Shown here: positions 1 through 13,599 of the stretch, piece by piece
How positions within the stretch are numbered: the first letter of the stretch is position 1
Layout of the letters: every line of letters starts with the position of its first letter
Source: the human T2T-CHM13v2.0 reference genome, Homo sapiens
Assembly: GCF_009914755.1 (NCBI RefSeq)
Contig: NC_060925.1
Length of the DNA: 64,000 nucleotides
Reading direction: 5' to 3' (one strand)
Position numbers and translations under genes: made by a program
Notes under the pieces: model-generated
Database searches by the model: none
What the model saw: only the letters and a program-made list of their open reading frames with translations
What the model was told of the DNA's origin: nothing

Positions 1-369
<369 letters not shown>

Positions 370-479
370 TTAGTACCTTAAAGGGTGAATAGAATTTCTA
401 GAGAAAAGAGAAGCAGGCCATTCAAGGGCGAAGAGAATTCCAACAGCACAAATGCTATGATGATTGGAGAAGATGCCCC

Positions 480-881
480 GGGAGCAGGTAATGCCACCTC
501 TAGGATGAGTTCAGTCACATTTTCTGCATTCTATCCAAGGGCTTCTCCAATGAGCACCCTGCTCAGTCTATACAAAAATGGATACCAGAAGTTCAGAGAG
601 CTTCCAGGGGTAACCATCAGCCAACAGAAAATACATGCCAGTGGCAACTGCTCAGGCCTCCTCCATCAGGCGGATATCTGCAGGAGGCATTCTGTGTGCT
701 TCCTGGAGTGAAGGCAAAATTGGGCCCACCTTGCCTACAGCAGCAACCTAAATAGTTCTTCCCTGCCTCCCTCTCTCTGCTGCCTCACTCCCATTTCCTT
801 GGATATTAACCCACATATGAATAGCCTGATGCGAGGTTTTTATTTCAGGCTCTGCTCTTTGGAGAAACCCAAACTAAGACA
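480..881 (+). mobile_element. LTR16-like ERVL LTR, old; start approximate
   Basis: GTAACCATCAGCCAA...GGAGGCATTCTGTGTGCTTC and 3' end CAGGCTCTGCT...AACCCAAACTAAGACA. Confidence 0.6.
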
Positions 882-994
882 GGACTAGAGTGCAATGAAG
901 GAGAAACAGTCATTTTTCACCAATACTTGAATTTCTAAATTTATAACAACAATACACTATGGTATACTTTGTGGTCAGAAAAACTTTCCAACAT

Positions 995-1160
995 TGTTGA
1001 GCCACCAACAGTTTTGCAATCTTGGACAAATTACTTAACCATTCTGAGACTCAGTTTCTTCATCTACTTCCTGTCTCCCAGAATTGGGAAAAGATGAGAT
1101 ATGGTATCTAATGTACTTAGCATACATAAGGCAGTCAATACATGTTAATTACTATTAATA
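995..1160 (+). mobile_element. MIR
   Basis: MIR core TTGGACAAATTACTTAACC...CTCAGTTTCTTCATCT and 3' tail. Confidence 0.65.
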
Positions 1161-1172
1161 TAATAATATATA

Positions 1173-1511
<339 letters not shown>

Positions 1512-1789
1512 TTATGGTAAAGAGATATGGTTCTACTTTACACAGTAACAGCTTTTTAACTTTAGTATCATAAGAAGCGTTTCTGGCTTGATACATTCAA
1601 AATGCAGCTTAACAGTCTTAAAAAGTAATAAGACCATTTTGGTTTTGGCCCAATATATGACAGCATGTTTGGCCAAATAAAGAATATTTTTTTCTTCAAA
1701 ACAGTGTTCTTAAACTGTCAGTACTTGAATCGTTTTTAGAAGTCTTCTTTGGGATAGGCACTCAAAGTCAATTTTCATGACACATTGAG

Positions 1790-2295
1790 AAAACCAATCT
1801 TATTAAGTTATAGTCACAGCTCATTTTTTACCTAAAATGCTCATAACCAGCTTGATCAAGCCCTTTAATCCCTAGGCTCAGCTCTTGGTGATCTTTAGCT
1901 GTTTCAAATCAAATTTACTTTCAATGGAAAAAAATTGCAACCACTGAGGAAATTCAAAATAACATATTATAAGGGACAGAGGAAATTTCCAAAAGTCTCC
2001 CAAGGTTTGACACATGGAAGCTATGGACTCATATGATTTTAGAGCTAGCAGAGATCATCAGCTCTTCCCCATTACAAATGGGAAAACTGAGAGGAGGGAA
2101 GGGGACATGCTTTGATAAAAGACACACTGATCATTGGTAGTGGACTCACACATAGGAGCCTGACTGTCTACCTCCTAATCCAGTGTTCTTCTAGCTACAC
2201 CATGAATTAAGAGCATCTTGGAAAAAAAGTACATAGCTTTTCAGAGTGACTGCTCTGAAATGGATAATGACCATTTGAATATGTAAGTTCATAAA
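1790..2295 (+). mobile_element. MARNA-like mariner transposase remnant, interrupted by a minus-strand MIR at about 2030-2200
   Basis: Frameshifted translation GDL*LFQIKFTFNGKK/ATTEEIQNN, then YIAFQSDCSE after the MIR; resembles the mariner C-terminus (CDFWLF..K..LKG..F.T.E.IQ...CIASQGDYFE). Confidence 0.55.
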
Positions 2296-2676
2296 ATATT
2301 ATCACATATGGTCCTGACTTGGTAATGGGTTGAAGAACCTAGACAAATTCGTCACTGATAAAATCATATCAAGCTGTAAGCAAAATAAATGAATGCCTTT
2401 TTTTCTGAATTGAAATCAGTGATAATAATATCGTACTCCCATAGCACATCTCTTAGGGTAAAAGTGGATGATGAACTACTCCAGCAGTTGGTTAGGAATC
2501 TGTTTCATTACAGCAATTCCTTTGTTCCTGTATCACTATATTTGTAACACATACACACATGCACACACGTGAGTGCCACACACCCTGGCCCTCTTCTCAA
2601 TGGGGAGCGTTGTCTTTGCTTTGATAGGGAAGAACAGTAATTACAGATTTTAAGTTTTAGACAAAGCTGCATGAAA

Positions 2677-2977
2677 CCCTGGGTGCAGTGGTTCACACCT
2701 GTAATCCCAGCACTTTGGGAGGCCGAGGCCAGCAGATCACCTGATATCAGGAGTTCAAGACCAGCCTGGCCAACATTGTGAAACCCCGTCTCTACTAAAA
2801 ACACAAAAATTACCCAGGTGTGGTGGTGTGCACCTGTGATCCCAGCTACTCAGGAAGCTGAGGCAGGAGAATCACTTGAACCCAAGAGGCAGAGGTTGCA
2901 GTAAGCCAAGATCACACCACTGCACTCCAGCCTGGGCGACAGAGTGAGACTCTGTCTCAAAAAAACAAACAAAAAAA
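2677..2977 (+). mobile_element. AluSx-like
   Basis: Full-length dimer; AAAGCTGCA on both sides (2663-2671, 2975-2983). Confidence 0.95.
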
Positions 2978-2984
2978 GCTGCAA

Positions 2985-3106
2985 GGCACATGTATACATA
3001 TGTAACTAACCTGCACAATGTGCACATGTACCCCAAAACTTAAAGTATAATAATAAAAGAAAAAAAAGAAAAAAATAAAAGAAAAGAAAAAAAAGGAAAA
3101 AAAAAA
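2985..3106 (+). mobile_element. Young L1 (L1PA2/PA3-like) 3' stub with poly(A)
   Basis: GGCACATGTATACATATGTAACTAACCTGCACAATGTGCACATGTACCCCAAAACTTAAAGTATAAT nearly matches the young L1 3' end; long A-rich tail. Confidence 0.93.
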
Positions 3107-4269
3107 GCTCAACCTTTGATTATTATTCTAAATAACAACTTGCTTAAAAGCTTAACCATATGCACACATAAACACACACACCTTGTTCAATATCATTTAA
3201 AGAAACCTCAATCCCATCTGCAAAGACACAGGGAAATAATTGATTATTTAAATTTTGATAGTTTAAGGTTGCTGATGCACACGTTATAAAACAAATAGAT
3301 AATTCTATTATTCTTCATGGGGATTTTCTAGGGTGAAAAAAAAATACTCTGGTAAAAAGTAGAGGTAGGAGAATGTTAATTACCAGCTAATGAGTTGGGG
3401 ATATAAATCTGGCCATCTCTGTTTTCCATTAATTGACCAGATTAAGTCAGTCATCATTTGATTTCCATGCTTTGTTTTTTTCAAACACAAGTCTTTTCTT
3501 TCAGGCTATAATTACCAGTTACTCAGGCCTCATTCAAGTTCATTAGAAATTACACATTGAGTTCAATTCAGCTCAGTGGAAAAAAATTAAAAAATAATTA
3601 TTATATAGTATAAATTATTTATATAACTACATAAATGTACATTATAAATATATGACATTCACAATATACATTTAATGTGTATATAATTATATGTAAGATG
3701 GTCTATGCCACACATCATAATAGGTGCCAGGGATTCAAAAATTAAAATGTCACCATCTAAAGGTCTGAGCTGGGTCTGCTCAGCTATAGACTGGTTTGTG
3801 AGCATTCCAGGCACCTCTGAAAACAAGCTGCCATCAAGAAAGCATGCACTTCCCTCCTCCGCAACCCCTCCTCCCCCAACCACTGGCTCTCTCTAAGCCA
3901 TGAATTTCCTCGTGTCTAGTGGAGCCGTTTATGAAATAACTGGCTCCATTGATTTCTCTGTCCAATACAGGTATGCTTGCTCAGCTGCCCATCTGTTTCC
4001 TACTTTAGGCAGGACCATTGAGAAAAATAAAGGAAAGAGAATACGTGTGTGTTTGTGTGTGTGTGTGGTCTGTGTGTCTGGAGATGTGTACATGGAGGTG
4101 TGTATATAGAAGTGGTGTCAAGGGGAGAAGTAGGGGTTCAAATCATTCTTCTCTGTAGGAAAGACACTCATCTACAGCATGGCCCGTGGTATTTCCCCCA
4201 AAGTTAAGTGGGAACTTCACTTCCTGTTTAGAGGTTGTCAGGGAGCACAGAGAGCATTGCAGAGTCTAC

Positions 4270-4440
4270 TGGACTCATGGTCAAGAGACCTGGTGCTCCT
4301 CAAGTGCCTCCATTTGCCAGTGCTGTAACCCTGGCAAAAAATAAAATAAAATAAAATAAAGCTGACCCTTCATTACCATTTTTCTCATCTGTAAAATAGG
4401 TTAATGGCTCACCACTCCTTCTACTTCATAGAAAGGTGTT
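4270..4440 (+). mobile_element. MIR
   Basis: TGTAACCCTGGCAA...TTTTCTCATCTGTAAAATAGG core. Confidence 0.6.
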
Positions 4441-5430
4441 CAGAGCCATGTGGCAGGACTTCCTGGAGAGTTATTTGGAAACAATAGAGCAATGCACAAT
4501 TACAGGTTTTATAGCATTAGAATACTTGAGGTAGAGGATATGGCTGGAGAAGGTGATCATGGCAATATTCGTAAGAGACCATCCATCAAATCATATGGTT
4601 CTTTGAACTGTCTCCAACCACTGCCCCGAGTTTTTCTAGAGGACGTCCTCCCTTCTTTTTCAGGTGGCTACCACACTTGCAGGCTATTTATTTTACATTA
4701 GAACCTAGATGCTTGTTGCCTCTGGCGGACTCCAAAGACACTATCTCTCCAAAAGGCTTTGAAGAATGATCTATGAAGGACGCTACAAAACATCTCAAGA
4801 TCAATTGCTGTAATTATCCTCTGAATAATTTTCTGCCATTATTCAGGCTGTACATATTGTACATGAAAGGCTGTGTTCAGCCAAACCAGAAGCTTGCTGG
4901 GTCCGAGATTTACAGCTCACTGTGCAAGAAGATTTAGAAGGAAAACCCCTAGGATATCCATCTGGAGATTGTTGAGAGGATAAAGGAAAATATAAGTTCT
5001 TTTAACCTTAATATTCTTTATACTCTGCTCATTATGATTAGATATATCTTCTAGTTAAGCCCTGAACAAAAATAGAACTGGTAATGAAAAGACTATTTTC
5101 TTTTCTACTGCTAAGGGAAAATAGCATGCATAAAAATAATAATAACAATATAATAGCTCCAATGCTTAGCTATTTAGAGAGCCATCCAACGCCTCTCATT
5201 TACTAACTTTAGAAAGAAAAGAATTCCTCTCTAAAGAATGGAAAAACACTACTTGTCACTTCCTATACTTTGTAGTCACTCAAATACTTCTTTTCTTTTA
5301 AATATATAAGAGAAAGAAAATCACTGAGTTATGTATATCTGACTCCCCCCTCAAGCTCTCAGGGGAAAAAAGTTGCCTGAAAGAGGGCGGAACACAGGGC
5401 TGCTGAGAAAGATGATGAGAGCTTCTTTCC

Positions 5431-5728
5431 TTTTTTTTTTTTTTTGAGACAGAGTTTCACTCTTGTTGCCCAGGCTGGAGGGCAGTGGCGCGATCTCTGC
5501 TCACTGCAACCTTGACTCCCGTGTTCAAGAGATTCTCCTGCCTCAGCCTCCCAAGTAGTCGGGATTACAGGTGCCTGCCACCATGCCCAGCTAATTTTTT
5601 GTATAATTAGTACAGATTGGGTTTCACCATGCTGGCCAGGCTGGCCTCGAACTCCTGCCCTCAGGTGATCCACCAGCCTAGGCCTCCCAAAGTGCTGGGA
5701 TTACAGGTGTGAGCCACTGCACCCAGCC
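5431..5728 (-). mobile_element. AluSq/Sp-like
   Basis: poly(T), then GAGACAGAGTTTCACTCTTGTTGCCCAGG...CACCCAGCC. Confidence 0.95.
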
Positions 5729-7117
5729 ATTCTTGTCCCATTATTAAGATTATTAAGGAAGCAGGGTTAAAGGGGAGAATAAAATTCAATATATTTGCTG
5801 TTGCATTGATCATTAATATAAACCAGCTTTGGCTCAGATGAGACAGTAAACACTCCTTTTTCTGACCTCTAGTACCTGGGTGATAGGCCATCAGTGGCGG
5901 GACAATAATGCATTTTAGCAGCAAATTTCCTATGTGTCATGGCTGATGGTTTTTTTCTCTGAAAGGGCTATGTAAAATCATATCAAGGCAAGAGTTTGAA
6001 CATAACTAAGGTGCTTTCTGCTATTTTTTGCAACCAGACCCAAGGGGGAAAAAAATCAAACTCCAGGTTGTTTAGGCAATAACAAAAGAATGATAAGTTT
6101 CATAACAGGACAATTCATTTTGAAGGTTCCATTAGTGTCCATAGGGGTTATTTAGTTGACAACATCGGTTTAGGCAAGGTTGCTAAAAATGCCCTGAAAT
6201 AAAATGGCTTAGATACAGCAGCTGAGGGGCATTACTCTGCAGGCTGAGATATATGTTTTGGGTCTAAATTCAGCTGGGTGCTCTGTCAGTGGAGGAATGA
6301 AATAACCTGGCCTGTAGACACAGGTGCAGACTGAAGGCTTCAGTCTGTTTAAGAGGCATAAACGGCCTTCCTTGATTCCTTTTTTGGGGGCTCATGATGG
6401 ATGGGGTTAAGAGTGACAATGGGAAGGCTGAAAAAGGGAAAGCACAATGAAACGTCCTAGCATTCATATTCTTCTACTGAAGAACTTCCACCTGGATTGA
6501 AACATCTGGACAGCACCTAAATTCTCAATAAACTTACTTTTTCCTCCTTTCTTCCTGAGGGATTTTGGAAGGAAAAAAACAAAAAGGGAAGATTGGTTCA
6601 TGGTAGAGTAATAAAGCTGCCTTGTTTGAAAGGATCTTAGAAATCATTGAATCCAACATGATTAGACAACCAGCTTGGTAGGCCAAATCCTTCCTGTGGG
6701 CTCATGGTAGCTCCTGGTGAGCACAGGCTTGACTCACAATAGGAGCTTAAAACATATTTTAATATGACTGGGCTTTCTCATTTTATAAACACATATATAA
6801 ATTGAATACCAAATAGGTTAAATGGCTTGCCCAAAGTCACAGGGCTAAATAGTGGCAGGATGAAATTACTTGAAATTAAAGCTCAGATCTCTTGGGTTCT
6901 TTGCCAAAAGAAAATAGACCCTTAAAGGACCAAATGTTTAATATTACATCTATTATATCAGAAATATTTGTCATATGGAATTTTCTTTTCTTTCTGATTT
7001 GTTGTATTTGGCTAAATCCTAGTTAGAATTTTTATCATGAAATCTGGAGATTCATGACTTTAGCAAAAATAAAAAGTTCTGGAAGTACTTGCAGATTTCA
7101 TCAGTTGGATTGTATCT

Positions 7118-7162
7118 GTATGTGTGAGGTGTGTGATGTGTGTGTGTGTGCAGTGTGTGTGA
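7118..7162. repeat. Interrupted (TG)n
   Basis: TG-rich tract seen directly. Confidence 0.8.
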
Positions 7163-7904
7163 GCACACAAGTGCATGCATGCTTGAGAAATTTCTGTCAG
7201 TAATGGGGTTCTTAGTAGACAGACTTCAGATAATTCCATTGCCAGGTAGGATGTCATGCTCTCTTGATATGAAAAGACTTGGGAATTTTGCTCAATCTCT
7301 CAAAGGGCCACGGCCCTCCAAAGCATTAAATGCATACCAATGCTATCAAAGTGGAAAAAAAAGCCCTAAAATCTGAGGATAATTGCACACATCAAGCTAA
7401 TTACCCAGAAGCACTATTAGCTAATGAGATTAGCCAGAAGCCCTGTCTAGCATTGATTAATCAAAGAATAATGCCAATGCACCTGCCGTACAAAGGCACC
7501 TGATCTCTAACAAAAGAAAGATTTGCCCATGTTTGGAAATACTACTGCACACTTCTTTTTTTACCATCCTCTTGCTTTATAAGAATTTTTTGGATGAATG
7601 CTCCAGGGAAGGCTACGATGAACTGTAAACCAACATTTCTATCACTCTGGACAAAAAAAAAACTCAGACTGTGACTCAATTTCTCCATTAAAAGAATGGA
7701 AACACTTATAATCTATGTCCCTCTAGTTCACAAGATTGTAAGAAATCATTGGCAGAGTTATACACAGTCTGAGCTCCAAGCAAAATCTTCAGTGCTTAAA
7801 AATAGCAAACTAGTCAAATGCTCCAATTATGAAATTTGTAGTTGATAATCCCTTTGTCTTTCACCAGGAAAATGCTCACATTAAAGAGAAGAGCCATCAG
7901 TCCA

Positions 7905-8045
7905 TCAGTTTACAATATATAAACAACCTAAAATAAAATGGCAAATAATTTCATAGGAAAAAATACAAATAACAAATAATCATATAGGAAAATGTCACCT
8001 TACTCATAATTCTAAAAATGTAAATCAAAACAACAAAAATTCTTC
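7905..8045 (+). mobile_element. Old L1M fragment (3' part of ORF2)
   Basis: AAAATGGCAAA...GAAAATGTCACCTTACTCATAAT...AAATGTAAATCAAAACAAC. Confidence 0.5.
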
Positions 8046-8799
8046 TCTCATAGCTGAAGAATGTCATTCATTCAGTTATTTTGACACCAATATCACTGTA
8101 AAGATGCAATGATCTTTTTTTGACAAAAATTACCAAAGAATCACCACATAATTTTAAAATTCCTATACTAAACTGCATTTCATTTTTTTCTCTGGATGAC
8201 TCTTCTTATCCTAGGCCTCATGTAGGGCTTTTTGTGATATGCATTAAGAAAAAAAAAGTCATCAGGGTGACTGTCTTGTGGTGGTGTAGTATTGATGTAC
8301 CAGCTAAAAGAATTCTGGATGGTAAAAGGCTGGGAGAAAGAGTTTATATCACCACTTATTGGAAAGCAAATTCAAATGCTTTTGAACTTCAAAGGTTCTT
8401 TGTAGAGAGAAATTAGCCAAGTTTCCTTCTTGTTGGATGAGGAACTTTATTTTCTACTGGGAGGGGCATGGTAGAAAGGGCTGGTACAGCTCTAAGTTCT
8501 GTGGAGACATCATCAGAAGCAGATGTCTCTTAGAGTCCAAGAAGATGCCACAATGAACACCAGTGTTTCTCTCTTCTTTGGAACAGTAGAATATAATCGC
8601 TGTCACAGAAAACTTTTCCCCCAAAGCCAACAATTATGAATGTATTCTCAGATTTTTTTATACAATGAATTTTGTCATAGGTAGAGGAATTATGGAAAAC
8701 GTATTATAAAGCACTTTCTCAAAGAAATAATTTGTTCATACTTATATGGTGGTCCTCATTATACTGTTGTACAACAAAAGATTTACTTGTATCCCTGCC

Positions 8800-9180
8800 A
8801 GAAGGTAAGATTGTTCAGGTCCACAACCTGGTCCTATTTGCTGGTGGGTTTCCAAGAGCATAGCACAGTGCCTGGCACAAAATTAGTGCACAAAAAATGT
8901 TGGACATGTGGTTAATGTAGTCTAGAAGCTATCACTGAAGGTATCAAATCCTTTTCCTTTAAGATACAACTTCATTTATATATATTTCTTAGCAATCTCT
9001 AATAATTGATCTATTTATTCAACAAATATTCACTGAGTGACAACTCTGAAATAGCCTCTATTCTAAGTGCTGGGAGGGCGGCAATGAAGAAACAAAGCAA
9101 AAATCACTGTCTTTATGGATCTTATGTTCTAGTAGAGAGGCAGATAGATGGAAATAAATGCTATAGAGAACAATAAAGCT
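8800..9180. mobile_element. Two L2 3' ends: plus strand about 8800-8905, minus strand about 9012-9180
   Basis: TAGCACAGTGCCTGGCACA on plus; ATTTATTCAACAAATATTCACTGAG...CTAAGTGCTGGG on minus. Confidence 0.65.
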
Positions 9181-9314
9181 GGACTACAGGAGTATTGACA
9201 TTGTGTGTTTGGGGGGGTGCAGCATGGAATGAAAATTTACTGGTTTCAGTTAGTCTTCTTTTAAGAAAAACAAGGAAGACTTGGAAATCTAGATGGATAG
9301 AAACAAGTCCATAC

Positions 9315-9619
<305 letters not shown>

Positions 9620-12157
9620 AACAAGTCTATACATAAAGAAGGTGGCCAGGTCTAAAGACAGGAGCAGTGGACCAGTAATGTCCTAAAAAAATGTGTGAGC
9701 TATCAAACTCCTGTCTCTCCTGCTGTTGTGACTATACTTAGCCACCTCCCTTCAGTAACAGACTTGATTTTACCCATTTGAACTTGCAAATTGCCTCTTT
9801 TCTGTGGAACGCTCGTTATCTGTTCACATGGAAGCCCCAGCTAAGCTCATAACGCATCTCCCCCATCACACTGTTCCTCAAGTGGATAAAACTGTGTCTG
9901 CTGCTGGGCAAACTCCCACTGCTAATGTAGCGTGACCTTGGATGCCATTTTTGGCATGTTCCATCATACCAGGAAATGACATCTGCCTCCCCCTGGGAAG
10001 CAGATCATATTAGTAGCACTTTTCTTAGATGTAGAATAAGTCATGAAGTTTAGCTTTGCAATCTGATGGTTGAAGAGCCTATACTGAAATCCTAGTCATT
10101 TAATGTCAAAGTTCACTCTCTTTCCATTGCACTGTACTTCTTCATCAGCCACTTTGAGGGGCAGTGGATGCACAAATCATGCAGAAAGAAAGTGGGGAGA
10201 GTAGAATGATCCTAAATACAAGCTTGGCTGATGTACATTATGCCAAAGGCTAGGGCTATGTGAACTTGTTTACTTCATTTCCACTTTCCTATTATAGAGG
10301 GCCCAATGACTTTCACGGTCCTAGGAATTTTTGCTCATTCCGACACATCAGTGGATTCTTACTCTTTCTGATAAGACAAAAAAAAAAAAAAGTACTTGAT
10401 ATCAGCTTACTTCATGGCTTTTATTTATAATACAATGTTTTTTTCTTAGGAAAAACATTTTAGCTAATATATTTTATAATGGGAATGTCTTTAAACTTAA
10501 AAATGTGGACTCTTGCAAATTGCATGGCTCCTCTGTACGGGATCTAAGCTGTGACAAAATCTGTGTTCACAATTGTAAAAATAAAACTAAGGTACTTTCT
10601 ATTATTTATTTGACTCCATCCTTCACATCTCTTCAGATATTTCACAGGAAAAAATTGTCACCCACTTTCTTTTAATCAGTCTCTCAACCCCGTTGTGTGT
10701 CTCTAACATCTGCATTTACTGTATTTGAAGAAGAGGTTAAAAGATCAGAAATGTGGAAATGAACCTTTTAGAATTCCATATTTACCTTAAGAACTTAAGG
10801 TAAATACAACCAGAGCTGGTTAAAAGGTGAAAAAACAAAGTCAAACACCAAGAAAAGTACAGATTGTACCAGGACTTTTTGCTGCTTTCGAAAATTTGGA
10901 ATTATTACTTGGAAATGTCTTCAACAAAAGCAATAAAAACATGTCAGAAATGTAAAACATCAGCCTGCTCCCCATACCTGCTTTTAAAAATTGCTGTTTG
11001 ATTGACTCCACAGGGAACGGCAGAAGCAAGGCAATGGGCCTTACACAACGAAACACTTAAATATGATTGAGGAAAGGCCAGGGTCTGAGGCTATTGCAGT
11101 GAAGAATTTATTCACAGTGTTTCTAAAGGTGTATAAGGAGGCGAGGTTGTAGGAAAGGGGGAAGGAAGGAGAAGAAGAAATTTGTTGGCAAAGGTGGAGT
11201 TGGGGGCATACAAGAGCAAAATATGGAGAAAAACATTTTTTAAATAAAACAAAATACCCTTAAGTCAGATTCCTTTATATAAACCTTTGGGGACCCAATA
11301 AAAAGCTATGACTAAATGAAAGTGTTACCAAAGCAGATGGAGAATAACATCAGAAAATCAAATGACACATTTAAAAGGGCAAAACATCAATATAACCTAA
11401 AGAACTGATCAAATGTGTCATTTTGAAATGCACACCAAAGCAAGAAGATCATGAAATGCATTAAAATGGTGAACTGGGGAATGGAGAGTGGGCGCTTGGT
11501 TGACTCCCGCCATGTAGAAAATCAGACGTTATGTGCTAGAATACATGAATATAAAAGGAGGCAGGTTGTTTCTATACACATTTAGAAATTGTCAAAAAAG
11601 GATCAAAATGACGGGCCATGCCCAGAGACACATTTGTTACAGCCAAGGGGACTCCAGCAGGTTTCCTGGACAGACGTCCTGATGCTCTGCCTTGTCAAGT
11701 ATTCGCTGCCTCTGAACTTTGGTATCTGTTTGGAGGAGGATTCACAGGTGGGAAGACCCACAGCTAAACCTCTGAGCTTAGGACTAAGAATATGATGTGG
11801 TTTCTAATAGCAGAAGGCCTTTGATGAGCAGCTTATCTATGAGTGTCACCCAGCCCTAGTAGACTTGTCTGTAGCAAAGCCCTAATCATGTTGGCCAGAA
11901 GAGCTGGTTCAGAGCGGCTAAACACAAGCTCTGTGTATGGATTAGGACAGTGAGTGTATGTTAAACCAGCAAGCCCAGCAACTTATCACTAGGTATATAT
12001 ACATTCTCCAGTGATTTTAAAATATTGCCAGAAATTTCAGATGGGGCTCTGAAAAACTTAGGAAATCCTTTGTTGGGTGCGGGGCTTGTGGAGAAGGGGT
12101 ATGGGTCTCCCGTTTGACGTTTTGAAAATGTGATGTGCCTTCCTCTGCTCAGAGTGT

Positions 12158-12397
12158 CGTGGATAAGGGTAAGGGCTTTACAACAAATTGACATGGATTT
12201 TAATCCTGGTTTAGTCACTTATGAGCTATGAGACTGTAGGCAATTTACTAAATCCTCCTAAGCCTCAGTTTCCTCATCTCTAAAAGGGAGATAATAATGC
12301 TAAGTATCTCATGGGAGTCATTGGATTATATAAAATAATGCAGTTAAAGGGCTTAATAAGTGGCTGGCATAGAGTAAACACTCAATAAATTGTTATT
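12158..12397 (+). mobile_element. Near full-length MIR
   Basis: GCCTCAGTTTCCTCATCTCTAAAAGGGAGATAATAAT...CTGGCATAGAGTAAACACTCAATAAAT. Confidence 0.85.
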
Positions 12398-13599
12398 AAA
12401 TTAAATCATAAGCTGTACAACTAATTGGGACCTTTTTAGCTCATATAAACCTCTTTACTTAATAAGGCATTAGTAAAATGAGGCCCAGAAAGCTGAAATG
12501 CCTAGTAGTATCACCACTGCTGTAATGAACCAGAGACTTTTGTGTCTCCTACTTTCCCCATCTTTATATGTTGACCTCCAAACTTACTGTTTGTCTTCAG
12601 GCTGTGGCTGGGGACACTTTCCATATTGTCCATTAGTTCTGCCCCTGAATCTCCTTCTTTCCCAATTAAAGAACTTACTCTTATTTAGTGAGAATCAACT
12701 AATAAACTTTGTGATGTTAATGACTGATACGGGATTAGAATATCCACCTGCATGCCTTCTTTAGGATATTTGTATTTCAGAGTAAATTGCAAAACTCAGC
12801 TGGAAAGAATCTCAAGCACTGACTGAGGTGGAGGGACTGGAGACATTTGTATTGCATATGAAAGGTCTTCTCATACCTCCTTCAAATGAGGTCACAGAGC
12901 CATTGCACAAGAAACTTCAAGGCCATCGTTAACCTCTCTGTGAATGATGCCTTGATAAATGTGCAATGTGTAGCCCACATGTAGGTCATGTAAACAGGAG
13001 ACACTATCTCTCAGATGATTAGTTTTCGAGTCATGAAAGATTAAAACAGCTGCCTTCAGAAATACTGAAATTAATTCAAGTCCCTAAGGAAGATCAATAG
13101 GACCAAAGGGGGACAATGTAATTACCTTTGATACAAACTAGAAATATTTTTAGAAGATTCCTTTAAAATCTATACCCCAAAAAATCAAATCTTTCTGATT
13201 TCTTAATGTTAAGAGAGAATTGAAGAAGGGAGAGAAAGAGGAGAAAGAGAACAAACATACTTGGGAATTCTTTTCTAAAAGTAAAGAAAGAAAGCATGTG
13301 GACCTACGTCTGTCAAATTTTAAGCTTCCCTACTTCAGAAATTGGCTGAGACACCAGAGCACTCAGGATTCCAAGATCATTCTCATACGGTTCCTCTAAG
13401 ACATTACATCTGTAGCACTGGATGCTCTGAATTCATCCAGATTGAGGAATATGGTCTAATTGAGAAATCAAGACCAGAGGCTGAACAACGGGCCAGTATA
13501 TATTAGACAAGGATGACCAGAAGTTTCCAAGGGAGGCAGACAATGTGCCTCTAGTAATATAGTAGCCTTGGCCAAAAGGCATCCTGCAGCCATCTGTGG

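Noticed and set aside
3900-3970. Resemblance of ITGSIDFSVQY to the first strand of synaptotagmin-like C2 domains
   Set aside because: Too short to be significant by eye, and no other C2 exons were seen; no gene name assigned
11485-11585. TATAAAAG at about 11550 with GC-box-like and YY1-like words upstream
   Set aside because: No CpG island, convincing initiator or downstream exon; such 8-mers are expected by chance in 64 kb
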